Shown here: positions 8,440 to 18,012 of the stretch, piece after piece
Layout of the letters: the number at the start of each line of letters is the position of its first letter
How positions within the stretch are numbered: position 1 is the stretch's first letter
DNA from: Rhodospirillales bacterium
GTDB taxonomy: Bacteria; Pseudomonadota; Alphaproteobacteria; Rhodospirillales; UBA2165
Length of the DNA: 64,000 bases
Assembly (NCBI GenBank): GCA_022823235.1
Contig: JAJDXO010000057.1
Location: 23,963-87,962 of the forward strand
Direction of reading: 5' to 3'
Made by a program: the position numbers and the translations under genes
Notes under the pieces: generated by a model
Told to the model about the DNA's origin: nothing
Databases searched by the model: none
What the model saw: only the letters and a program-made list of their open reading frames with translations

Positions 8440-10212
8440 TTGACCTCTCGCCGGATTTTTCTGACTGAACCTCCGCCGGATTTCGATTTTGATCGCGATT
8501 TGGTTGTCGGTCCCTGGTGCTTTGTCGGTGTCGAGGATCGGTTCCCCGGCTGGGACAAGCTGCCTTTCGAAGAGCCGATCCGCTCGCCGGCGGAGCTGAA
8601 ATCTGCGTGTAGCGACACCGAGCAACTCGCATTGCTGACCGCGGAGCGACTCGGCCGGGACATCGGCCCCGGTTCCGGCGGCGGCCATGGCGGGCGCTAT
8701 TGGAGATCGTTGCTTTATATGTGGCTGATGACGTGCGCGCAGTTGTTGTGGCGGCGTTACCTGTATGTTTCCGCCATGGTCGAACGTCACGGCAACGAGC
8801 CGTTCAGCGTATTCGTTCACCCGGACAGCGCATGGCCGAGCCTCGGCCTCGAGGAATTCTATGAACGGCTGGCACGGAGCCGGCCGTTTGACCATTGGGT
8901 GTCCTCGATCGTCGTGCGCGAACTTTGCCCCCCATCGTGGCAATTGATCGAAATTCGCGAAAAGCCCGAGCCAGGCCCGTCGATAGGCCGCCCGACGGCC
9001 GCCAGGAGCCGTCTGCGGAAACTTCTGGGGCGCCTTCCATTCAATCATGCTCATGGCATGCGCGGCTGGAAACTGCCTTTTTCCGTCATGCTGAGCCTCT
9101 TGCCGCGAAACCCCCATCCCCAGGACCAAACGGAAACCGGGACCATCGATCAAAATATAGAGGACAGGTTTCCCGACGCGTTTCTGCGGCTTTACGAGCG
9201 GTTTGTCGGCGCAACCCGGCCCGCATGCTACGGCGCCGATTTTTCCCGCTGGGATGCATCGGCATCACGACGGCGTTTTGCGCCCGGCCGCCTGTATGTC
9301 GACAATCTGGGCAGCCATCTCACGGAAAACAACTTCCTCGCGGCAACCGCGCTTGCGCGGGGAGAGCGGGTCGTCGGCGCGCAACATGGGGGACTCTACG
9401 GCACGGCCGCCGCAATGCCTGTGGCCGCTCATGCCGAATATGCCGGGCATGCGTTCCTGACCTGGGGCTGGAGAGAACAAGAGGACGCGGCGGGAAGGTT
9501 CGTCCCTGTTCCCTCGCCCCATCTGAGCCGGATCAGAAATGCCCACAGGCGCGGAAACCGGAAACTGATTTTCATCGGCACGCACATGGGAGTTTATGGT
9601 CACCGCTTCGACTCGATCCCAAGCCCCTCCCGGTGCCCGGCCTACCGGGGGATGAAGAGAGAGTTTGTCGGGGGGCTGAACGGCGCCATCCGGGAACAGC
9701 TTGCCTACCGTCCGTACGAAAAAGTCGGAACGTTATCGGACGCACCCTACCTTCGGCGGTCTTTTCCCGACCTGGAGGTTCTGGAAGGCCCGTTGGTTCC
9801 GGAAATGCTGCGCTGCAAGCTGGCCGTTTTCGACCACCCCGGCACCGCATTCCTGGAAGCTCTCGCCGCGAACGTTCCGACGATCGCCTACTGGAATCCG
9901 GACGATTGGCCGATGAGCCGTCAGGCCGCCCCCTACCTCGATGCGTTGGCCGAGTGCGGCCTCCTCCACCACGATGCCCCATCCGCCGCCGCCAAGGTGA
10001 ATGAGATTTGGGCCGACGTCGAGGGATGGTGGCGCAGCGAGGCGGTTCAGTCCGCGCGCCGGGCCTGGTGTCATCAGTACGCCCGCACCGCGACGCTGTG
10101 GCAATGGCATTGGGCCAAGGCGCTCTGGCAGCTTGCGCGCGGACAGGGCATTGCCGCGCCAATTCCGGACGCCATTCCGGGCGGCGATATCAGGGGAAGC
10201 AACATCGCATGA
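8440..10212 (+). CDS. LIC12162-like putative transferase (surface carbohydrate biosynthesis)
   Basis: VGPWC, QHGGLYG, LTWGW, YRPY, TAFLEALAANVPTIAYW, WADVEGWW pattern; TTG start chosen downstream of the REP-like element. Confidence 0.7.
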   Translation: MTSRRIFLTEPPPDFDFDRDLVVGPWCFVGVEDRFPGWDKLPFEEPIRSPAELKSACSDTEQLALLTAERLGRDIGPGSGGGHGGRYWRSLLYMWLMTCAQLLWRRYLYVSAMVERHGNEPFSVFVHPDSAWPSLGLEEFYERLARSRPFDHWVSSIVVRELCPPSWQLIEIREKPEPGPSIGRPTAARSRLRKLLGRLPFNHAHGMRGWKLPFSVMLSLLPRNPHPQDQTETGTIDQNIEDRFPDAFLRLYERFVGATRPACYGADFSRWDASASRRRFAPGRLYVDNLGSHLTENNFLAATALARGERVVGAQHGGLYGTAAAMPVAAHAEYAGHAFLTWGWREQEDAAGRFVPVPSPHLSRIRNAHRRGNRKLIFIGTHMGVYGHRFDSIPSPSRCPAYRGMKREFVGGLNGAIREQLAYRPYEKVGTLSDAPYLRRSFPDLEVLEGPLVPEMLRCKLAVFDHPGTAFLEALAANVPTIAYWNPDDWPMSRQAAPYLDALAECGLLHHDAPSAAAKVNEIWADVEGWWRSEAVQSARRAWCHQYARTATLWQWHWAKALWQLARGQGIAAPIPDAIPGGDIRGSNIA

Positions 10213-10958
10213 AGACGGTTGCCGTAATCCCCGCGCGGATGGGGTCGTCGCGCTTTCCCGGAAAGCCTCTCGCCGATCTTCTCGGCCGCACCATGATCGA
10301 ACATGTCTACAAGCGGACCGCGCTTTCCCCGGGGCTCTCCGGCGTCGTCGTGGCGACCTGCGACAAGGAAATAGCGGATGCCGTCCGCGGGTTCGGCGGC
10401 ACGGCGATCATGACGAGCGGCGAGCACGAACGTGCAAGCGACCGTGTTGCCGAGGCGTCGGGCGCGATCGATGCCGACGTCATCGTGATGGTTCAGGGGG
10501 ACGAACCCATGGTCCACCCCCATATGATCGACGAGGCGCTTGAGCCGATGGCGGCCGACGACCGGGTCGTCTGCGTAAATCTGACCAAGCGCATCGAGGA
10601 CGAGGCCGAATTTCTCAATCCGAATACCATCAAGGTGGTGTTCGACGGAAATTGGGATGCACTGTATATGTCGCGCCAGCCCATTCCCACGGCGCCCGGC
10701 TCGGACTTCGCGGCGATCGCGGCCTACAAACAGGTGTGCATCATCCCGTTCAGGATAAGCGCGCTGGAACGGTTTTCGGGCCTGGAGCCGACCGCGCTCG
10801 AAATCGCCGAATCCATAGATATGATGAGATTCCTGCAGCACGGCATCAAGGTTCGAATGGCCGAGACCCGGATTGCAACCCATGCCGTCGATACGGTGGA
10901 CGACCTGAACATGGTCGAGGACCTGATGGCCGAAGACCCTCTCCTGCAATGCTACTGA
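10209..10958 (+). CDS. kdsB: CMP-Kdo synthetase-like cytidylyltransferase (copy 1)
   Basis: VIPARMGSSRFPGKPL, HERASDRVAEA, VQGDEP, LEIAESIDMMR, AVDT. Confidence 0.85.
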   Translation: MKTVAVIPARMGSSRFPGKPLADLLGRTMIEHVYKRTALSPGLSGVVVATCDKEIADAVRGFGGTAIMTSGEHERASDRVAEASGAIDADVIVMVQGDEPMVHPHMIDEALEPMAADDRVVCVNLTKRIEDEAEFLNPNTIKVVFDGNWDALYMSRQPIPTAPGSDFAAIAAYKQVCIIPFRISALERFSGLEPTALEIAESIDMMRFLQHGIKVRMAETRIATHAVDTVDDLNMVEDLMAEDPLLQCY

Positions 10959-10980
10959 TTGATCCGGATTACCCCCGCCG

Positions 10981-11934
10981 ATGACCTGGAATGTCTTAGT
11001 CAGCGCGCCGTATATGGCGCCGGTCGTTCACGAGTTCGCCCCGGTGTTCGAGGAGAACGACGCGGCATACCGGGTGGTCGACGTCCGCGAACGGCTCGAG
11101 GAGGAGGAACTGCTGCCGGTAATCGGCGATGCCGATGCCATTATATGCGGCGACGACCGGATTACCGCCGCCGTGATGGATGCCGCCCCCCGGCTCAAGG
11201 TCATCTGCAAATGGGGAACCGGTGTCGATTCCATCGACCTGGGCGCGGCCGCGGAACGCGGAATCGCCGTCGGAAGGACCCCCGATGCATTCACCGAACC
11301 GGTCGCCGATACCGTATTGGGGTACATGCTGTGCTTCGCCCGCTCTCTGCCGTGGATGGACCGGGAAATGAAATCCGGCCGCTGGCACAAGATCCCGGGC
11401 CGCTCACTTGGCGAGAGCACCATCGGAGTCGTGGGTGTCGGCGCGATCGGCATGGCGGTACTGCGCCGCGCCCGTCCATTCGGTGCGGCGCTTCTGGGGA
11501 ACGACATCAGGCAAGTCGAGGACGGCGACCTCGGCGATCTCGGCGTCGAAATGGTTGATCTCGACACCCTTTTGAGCCGATCGGACTATGTGAGCCTGAA
11601 CGTCGATCTGAATCCCACATCCCGCCATCTGATCGATGCGGCGGCCTTGGACCGGATGAAACCGGATGCCGTACTGATCAATTGCGCCCGGGGACCGGTG
11701 ATCGATGAGCGTGCGTTGGCCGATGCCCTTCGGAACGGTTCGATCGGCGGCGTCGCGCTCGACGTATACGAAGACGAACCGCTGCCCGACGGCAGCCCGC
11801 TGCGGCGCCTGGACAATGTTCTGCTCGCGCCCCACAACAGTAACTCCAGCCCGACCGCCTGGCGGCGCGTTCATTTGAATTCGCTGCGTCAGGTCTTCGA
11901 TGTTCTCAACGCCCAGGGAGACGTCACGCAATGA
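10981..11934 (+). CDS. D-2-hydroxyacid / phosphoglycerate dehydrogenase family
   Basis: KWGTGVDSID, GVVGVGAIG, LINCARGPVID, LDVYEDEP, LAPHN. Confidence 0.9.
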   Translation: MTWNVLVSAPYMAPVVHEFAPVFEENDAAYRVVDVRERLEEEELLPVIGDADAIICGDDRITAAVMDAAPRLKVICKWGTGVDSIDLGAAAERGIAVGRTPDAFTEPVADTVLGYMLCFARSLPWMDREMKSGRWHKIPGRSLGESTIGVVGVGAIGMAVLRRARPFGAALLGNDIRQVEDGDLGDLGVEMVDLDTLLSRSDYVSLNVDLNPTSRHLIDAAALDRMKPDAVLINCARGPVIDERALADALRNGSIGGVALDVYEDEPLPDGSPLRRLDNVLLAPHNSNSSPTAWRRVHLNSLRQVFDVLNAQGDVTQ

Positions 11935-13880
11935 GTTCCCGGCCTGTCGAGACGTCGATCATTATCCGCACCTACAACGAGCAGCGGGATTTGCCGGCGC
12001 TCTTCGATGCCCTGGACCTGCAACGCTATCGGGATTTCGAGGTCATCGTCGTGGATTCGGGCTCTTTCGACCGGACGCGGGAAATCGCCGTCGATCGGGG
12101 CGCCAAGCTCATTCGAATAGAAAAGCACGACTTTACCTTTGGTTACTCCCTCAATACCGGCATCAGGGCCGCCGCCGGGAAGTTCGCCGTCGCCGTATCC
12201 GCGCATACGGTTCCAGCCGGCAATGATTGGCTGGCCAATCTGGTGAAGCCGCTTAGGGACGATCCGAATACAGCGATGAGCTATGGCCGGCAAATGGGCG
12301 TGCCGTCTTCCAAGTTCAGCGAGGCGGAGGATTTCGAACGCCTGTACGGCGCGGAATCCAGAACCGATACGCTTCGGGACATCCGGGCGAACAACGCCAA
12401 CTCGGCCATCCGCCGGGACCTCTGGCTTCGGCACCCCTTTGACGAATCGCTGCCGGGGCTCGAGGACGTCGAATGGGCGCGCAACTGGCTGCGCCAGGAT
12501 TTCCGGGTCGTCTATGTGCCGGATGCGCCGATCCATCATATCCACGAGGAAAGCTGGCAACAGGTGGAAAATCGCTACTATCGGGAAGCCGTGGCCGCCC
12601 GCCAGATGGGCGTCAAGCGCCCGTCCAATGTCCTCAAAGAGGTGTGGCGGGAAATTCTTCACGCCGCGGGCGACTGGCGCCGGCTGTTCTTCGCGCCGTC
12701 AAGCCCTGTGCTGGAACGCCTGACCCGCGCTCAGAGCGCCCGCGAAGTCCTGTATTTCCGGCGGCGCAAACTGTCGGGGACCATACGGGGGCTCACGCAG
12801 TCACACGCCATGGAATCGCGCGAAGAGCAGGAAGACATTCTATTCGACAAGATGAGCCGGGCCGTGATCGTAAAGGCACGCGGGACGGCGGTGCTCGAAG
12901 ACGTGCCGGTTCCCGAGATCAAACCGGGGGAAGTGCTGATCCGGGTGGCGCACGTCGCCGTTTGCGCGACGGATATCGATGTTCTCGATGGGCGGTTGGG
13001 CTATTTCGAGAACGGCATGTCGAGCTATCCTATCATTCCCGGCCATGAATTCAGCGGATGGGTGGCTGCCTGCGGTCAGAACGTCAATGGCATATCGGAG
13101 GGAAGCCCCGTCGTCGTCGAACCCATTCAGAGTTGCGGCACTTGCGGACATTGCACCGCGGGAAATCAGATCGCCTGCGCGGACCGCCGGGAAATCGGCG
13201 TCATGTCGGCCGACGGCGCCTACGCCAACTACATCGCGACGCCCGCCCGGTTCGTTCACAAAATTTCGCCGGAACTGGACATGAGGCTCGCCGCGCTCGC
13301 CGAACCGACGGCCGTGATCCTGAAGGGATTGCGGCGGCTCGGTCTCGGCAAGGCCTCTCCCGCCCGGCAACGAAGCTGCGCGGTCATCGGAAGCGGTTCG
13401 TTGGGACACATCTGCGCCAAGGTGGTTCACGAGTTGGGCCATGCCGTAACCGGATTCGATCGTAACGACGACCGTAATGCGCTGCTTCGGGTCGATGGGA
13501 TTCCGACATCCCGAGATTTGTCGGACCTCGGCCAATTCGACACGCTGATCGAGGTCACCGGCAGCCAAGACGTTCTGGAAGCGGCGATCCGATATTCAAG
13601 ACCCGGGGCGCAAATTCTGCTGCTGGGATTTCCTTACGCCGAGCGTGATTTTTCGTTCGAGCACATCGTTGCCTCGGATAAATCGATAATCGGATCGGTG
13701 GGCAGCAGCCGGGAAGATTTCGAAGCCGCAATCGGGCTCCTGCCCAAGCTTGGGCTCAGGCACCACTTGGCTTGCGAATTGAGCCTCGGCCAGTTCGACA
13801 AGGCGTGGAAACTGTGCCGCACGGGCCAAGCGCTCAAAGTGATACTTACGCCGGAATGGCCTGAAACAGCCGCCGCCTGA
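11931..13880 (+). CDS. Fusion: GT2 glycosyltransferase + zinc-dependent (MDR) alcohol dehydrogenase
   Basis: N-terminal SIIIRTYNE/VVDSGSFD; C-terminal VAVCATD, IPGHEFSG, CGTCGHC-x7-C, VIGSGSLG in one continuous 649-aa frame. Confidence 0.85.
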   Translation: MSSRPVETSIIIRTYNEQRDLPALFDALDLQRYRDFEVIVVDSGSFDRTREIAVDRGAKLIRIEKHDFTFGYSLNTGIRAAAGKFAVAVSAHTVPAGNDWLANLVKPLRDDPNTAMSYGRQMGVPSSKFSEAEDFERLYGAESRTDTLRDIRANNANSAIRRDLWLRHPFDESLPGLEDVEWARNWLRQDFRVVYVPDAPIHHIHEESWQQVENRYYREAVAARQMGVKRPSNVLKEVWREILHAAGDWRRLFFAPSSPVLERLTRAQSAREVLYFRRRKLSGTIRGLTQSHAMESREEQEDILFDKMSRAVIVKARGTAVLEDVPVPEIKPGEVLIRVAHVAVCATDIDVLDGRLGYFENGMSSYPIIPGHEFSGWVAACGQNVNGISEGSPVVVEPIQSCGTCGHCTAGNQIACADRREIGVMSADGAYANYIATPARFVHKISPELDMRLAALAEPTAVILKGLRRLGLGKASPARQRSCAVIGSGSLGHICAKVVHELGHAVTGFDRNDDRNALLRVDGIPTSRDLSDLGQFDTLIEVTGSQDVLEAAIRYSRPGAQILLLGFPYAERDFSFEHIVASDKSIIGSVGSSREDFEAAIGLLPKLGLRHHLACELSLGQFDKAWKLCRTGQALKVILTPEWPETAAA

Positions 13881-15667
13881 TGGTTATCCACGCCTTTTGC
13901 GTCAACGAGTTTTCCGTGTGGAGGATGCTGTGGTATCTGCTCCTCAAGCGGCGCGTCAGAATTATAGCGGTTTTCGCAATCTACACGGTCTTCGATCGTC
14001 CGCTGCGGCGGTTGGTTAACCGCCTGACGGCGACGGGCCGAATCGCACGGCTGGGCGATGACATCGAGGCGCTGGCGCCTTTGCAGGACTATCCGTACCG
14101 GGCGATGCTCAGCGACTATTTCAACCTGATCGAACCGCGGATCGAGAAATACTTCGGGTTCGGCGATCCGGATCCGGGCCACAGCGGCTATCATCGCGCT
14201 TTTCAGCACCTGACGTGCAATTACATCGCACTCCAGGCGGTCCAGATCGTTGCGCCGAGTATGGCGGCGGCGCACTCTCCGGAAACGCAAGTCCGGTTTT
14301 ACGGTTATCCAAAGGACATCACGGCGGCGGCATGCGCGTTCGCGGGCCGGGACGCCCTGCCGCAAATAACCCCAATGAGTCCCCCCGACCGGCTGCTCAA
14401 CCTCCTGTTCAGTCTGGTGCTCGCCGTCTATTCCGCCGCCTGGCTGATGGTGCGCGTCCGGGCTTGGCTGGATCCTCCGGCCAGGATTTCGATGGCCTAC
14501 GACTTTCTTGATGATCTCACGGAGATCGACATGTATCGGGACCTGGCCGAGGCGGGACCGTTTCTTCTGGTCCCGCGAAACAAGCCGCTGGCGCAAATGG
14601 CGGCGCAGCTCGACCTGCCGCCGCACGACCGGCGTACGATAACGGCCGGCCGGTTCCGTTTTCCCGATGCAATCAGATGTTTCGGCGAAGCCGGACGGGA
14701 TTGGTGGCAAATCTGGCGCCGCTACGGATCCTGCTCGGCCCGGCATTTTCGTGAAGTGGCCGGCTTGGTTTTCCGCCGCCTGGCGTATCGCGGCCTGTTC
14801 AATCTTTATGCGCCCAGGATCTATTGGGGCCGCGATAGCTACTCGGCCGCACACATTATCCGCCGCCAGGAACTCGCCCGGTTCGGCGGCGAATCCTGGA
14901 GCGTATGCCACAGCGCCCTTACCTATTCCGATTGCTATCCGGAATTTCGTTATTTGAACTTTGACCGCTATTACGTCATGGACCGGTCGGTATTTGAACG
15001 CTCATATGTTGAGAAGTGGCCGGACTCCATGACGCTGGTCAGGGCTCAGCCGTTCAGGTTCTCCCGGGCGCTGAGCCAAAAAAGTCACCGTTCGAAACCG
15101 CATGATATTCTTATCCTGTCGTCGGTTTCCATTTGGTCGCCGGCCTTCGTCCAGGCGGCAAGGGAAATCGCCGAAGCGTTCAGCGACCGGACCGTCAGGG
15201 TTCAGGTCAAAGATAATTTCCGGCATCTGAGCGCGTGCCGGGAATTCCTGGATGCCGTCACCAAGGGCCTGGATCACACCGAAATCGTCACGGAAAAGCT
15301 TCCCTACACGCTGTTTCCGCACTCCCGCTACACGGTCAGCGATCCGTCAACCGCGGCGGTGGAGCCGATCATCAGCGGTTGCTACGGCTTCGTCTTGGAC
15401 GTCGAGGAGGTCCATCTGACCAGTCCCTTGCGCCGTCTGGATGGCGTTTGCGTAACGTCCGGGCTTGAAGCCGTTTCCCGAATCAAGGCGATCGAGAACG
15501 GGGAATGGGCGTATCCTTCCGAAGCCATCGCCGAGCATCTGGATATGTCCGGCATCGCTTTTCTGGACGTCATTCGCGGAGATCTCGGCCTGCCGCCCGT
15601 GGCCGCCGGGATACCGCCGGGCGAACAAAAAACCCGGCATCACCCGCAAGAGGAAATACTCTCTTGA
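13880..15667 (+). CDS. Hypothetical surface-polysaccharide protein, possible GT-B transferase
   Basis: 595-aa ORF translationally coupled on both sides; weak GT-B-like C-terminus (SDPSTAAVE). Function is inferred. Confidence 0.55.
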   Translation: MVIHAFCVNEFSVWRMLWYLLLKRRVRIIAVFAIYTVFDRPLRRLVNRLTATGRIARLGDDIEALAPLQDYPYRAMLSDYFNLIEPRIEKYFGFGDPDPGHSGYHRAFQHLTCNYIALQAVQIVAPSMAAAHSPETQVRFYGYPKDITAAACAFAGRDALPQITPMSPPDRLLNLLFSLVLAVYSAAWLMVRVRAWLDPPARISMAYDFLDDLTEIDMYRDLAEAGPFLLVPRNKPLAQMAAQLDLPPHDRRTITAGRFRFPDAIRCFGEAGRDWWQIWRRYGSCSARHFREVAGLVFRRLAYRGLFNLYAPRIYWGRDSYSAAHIIRRQELARFGGESWSVCHSALTYSDCYPEFRYLNFDRYYVMDRSVFERSYVEKWPDSMTLVRAQPFRFSRALSQKSHRSKPHDILILSSVSIWSPAFVQAAREIAEAFSDRTVRVQVKDNFRHLSACREFLDAVTKGLDHTEIVTEKLPYTLFPHSRYTVSDPSTAAVEPIISGCYGFVLDVEEVHLTSPLRRLDGVCVTSGLEAVSRIKAIENGEWAYPSEAIAEHLDMSGIAFLDVIRGDLGLPPVAAGIPPGEQKTRHHPQEEILS

Positions 15668-16602
15668 AGATATTGGTCACGGGCGCCGCCGGCTTCATCG
15701 GTTCGCATGTCGCCCGGAGACTTGCCGGCCTTGGGCACGAGGTCGTCGCGGTCGACGATTTTTCCAATGGCCGCGCGGAAAATGTCGATCCCCGGGCTGA
15801 GTTTATCGAATTCGATCTGGCCGACCCCGCGGTGGCCGACGTCCTGCCCAAGGACGTTGAAATCATCTGTCATTTGGCCGGCCAAGCCTCCGGAGAGAAC
15901 AGTTTCTACGATCCGATCGGGGATCTGGATGCCAATGCCGCATCGACGCTGAATTTGATCCGCTTTGGAATCCACGTAAATGCGCGGCGTCTTATTTTCT
16001 CAAGTTCACTGTCCTGTTATGGGGATATCGGCGGGAAGACCGCCGTCGAGTCGATGACTTGCCGCCCCCGATCCTGTTACGCGGTTTCAAAACTGGCGGC
16101 TGAAGCGTATCTGAGAGTATTTTCCGACCGACTCCCCTTCGTAATTTTCCGGTTGGCCAACGTATATGGGCCTGGTCAGAACCTGGAAAACATCCGCCAG
16201 GGCATGATCAGCATCTACCTTGTTCAGGCACTGCAAACCGGCCGGGTGCAGGTCAAAGGGGCCCTGGACCGTTATCGGGATTTTGTCGAGGTTGGCAATG
16301 TGGCGGAGGCGTTCTCCGCGGCCGTCGATACGGATCGGGCGAACGGCCATACGATGAACCTCGCCCTGGGCGAACCGACGACCGTGCTCCAGATTCTCGA
16401 GGCGCTCAAAACGGAAATCCCGGATATGACCTGGTTTGTGAAAGGCTCCACCCCCGGCGATGTCAGGGGAATGAAAGCCGACGCCGGCAGGCTCAAGGAT
16501 ATTCTGGGATTCGAATGCACAACCAGAATCGAGGACGGCATCGGCCCCTTCGTCGACTGGGCAAGAAAACAACTATCCGATACCGGTACGGTCGACCCGT
16601 GA
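15664..16602 (+). CDS. NAD-dependent epimerase/dehydratase
   Basis: TTG start; VTGAAGFIGSH, YAVSK (YxxxK), NVYGPGQ, RDFV. Confidence 0.9.
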   Translation: MKILVTGAAGFIGSHVARRLAGLGHEVVAVDDFSNGRAENVDPRAEFIEFDLADPAVADVLPKDVEIICHLAGQASGENSFYDPIGDLDANAASTLNLIRFGIHVNARRLIFSSSLSCYGDIGGKTAVESMTCRPRSCYAVSKLAAEAYLRVFSDRLPFVIFRLANVYGPGQNLENIRQGMISIYLVQALQTGRVQVKGALDRYRDFVEVGNVAEAFSAAVDTDRANGHTMNLALGEPTTVLQILEALKTEIPDMTWFVKGSTPGDVRGMKADAGRLKDILGFECTTRIEDGIGPFVDWARKQLSDTGTVDP

Positions 16603-16895
16603 GCCTCGATATCCCACCGACAACGCGGTTGTAATCGTTTCGTATCCGACTAAATTGCGGCTACGCGCTCGCCCCCCTTTCAAGACCGGCTTCGGCGGGC
16701 AATAGGCCTTGAACTCCGCTACACGAGCTTTGTCACCGAAATGCAAGTTGACGCCTTTCGCCCAAGTGGCCTAGCGGGCGCGCAAAGGTCCCGGACACGC
16801 TTGACCGCAATGGCCGGAGAGATTTCGGCCAATGCGGCGGAATCCGGTATGCGCGTGCGCGGAGGGCCCGGGCGGCTTCCCCGGCTGGACGTCCA

Positions 16896-17906
16896 GTGAC
16901 CCGCATATTGGCAACGCTGGGTCCGTCGTCGTTGAACCGCGAAACCGTTCGCGCGTGCGCCGACGAGGGCGTGGACCTTTTCCGAATCAATCTCAGCCAT
17001 ACCGGCCTTGGTGATGTCCGGCCGACAGTCGAGAGCATTCAGACATGGACCGACGTTCCCGTATGCCTCGACAGCGAAGGCGCGCAACTCCGCAACAGCG
17101 GCATGGCGAATGGCAGCGTGGACTACGAGCAGGGAATGGAGGTCACGATCCCCCATGAAACGATCGCGGGAAACCGGGAGACCATCTCGTTTTACCCCGA
17201 CGGCATCGCGGCTCATTTTGAGCCGGGAGACGTTATCCGCGTGGATTTCGATCATGTGGAGTTCGAAATCATCGCAAAAGAGGCCGACCATTGCCGGGCG
17301 GTGGTGCGCCAGGGCGGATGCGTGGGAAGCAACAAAGCCGCTGACCTGGATCGGGATATCCCGCTCGCGGCCATTTCGGAGAAGGACCGGGCGGCTGTTG
17401 CCATCGGTCTGGAAATGGGGCTGTCCAATTTTGCATTGTCCTTCGCCAATTCAGCCGCTGACGTTGAGGCCATGCGCGGGATTTGCGGCGCCTCGGCGAG
17501 GATCATTTGTAAAATCGAAAGCCGGCAAGGCATCCACAATCTGCCGCAGATTTTGGACGTGGCCGATGAGATCCTGATAGACCGGGGAGACCTGTCCCGG
17601 CAGGTTCCAATCGAGAAGATTCCGTTTCTGCAACGGCGCATCATCGCCACCGCAAAGGCGCATCGCAAGCCGGTCCATGTGGCGACCAATCTGCTGGAAT
17701 CGATGATCGTCTCCCGTGGCCCCACCCGGGCCGAGGTCAATGATGTCGTGAGCAATATTGAAATGGGCGCCGACGGTCTGGTGCTGGCGGCGGAGACCGC
17801 AATCGGTGTGAATCCCGTCGGCGCGGTCAAGATGATCCGCGCGCTCCTCGATGAGGCTACGCGCTGGACACCCAATGCCACAATTGATGATATTCTCGGC
17901 TATTGA
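16896..17906 (+). CDS. Pyruvate kinase-family protein lacking the C-terminal domain
   Basis: ILATLGPSS, RINLSH, KIES, DRGDLS, ATNLLESM, PTRAEVND, GADGLVLAAETA; the ORF ends after the barrel (336 aa). Confidence 0.85.
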   Translation: MTRILATLGPSSLNRETVRACADEGVDLFRINLSHTGLGDVRPTVESIQTWTDVPVCLDSEGAQLRNSGMANGSVDYEQGMEVTIPHETIAGNRETISFYPDGIAAHFEPGDVIRVDFDHVEFEIIAKEADHCRAVVRQGGCVGSNKAADLDRDIPLAAISEKDRAAVAIGLEMGLSNFALSFANSAADVEAMRGICGASARIICKIESRQGIHNLPQILDVADEILIDRGDLSRQVPIEKIPFLQRRIIATAKAHRKPVHVATNLLESMIVSRGPTRAEVNDVVSNIEMGADGLVLAAETAIGVNPVGAVKMIRALLDEATRWTPNATIDDILGY

Positions 17907-18012
17907 TTGTCATCCGCTCGAAAATACCGCGTTCAGGCTCTCCCCAGCCGAAGTCCGGGGGATCAAGGCGGGCGGCCGCCGGGCGACAACGACATTTTGA
18001 ATGAGCTGCTAA

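Noticed and set aside
16603-16895. Possible ncRNA or riboswitch in the 290-bp spacer before the pyruvate kinase-like gene
   Set aside because: No recognisable conserved structure by eye; an Rfam covariance search would be needed.
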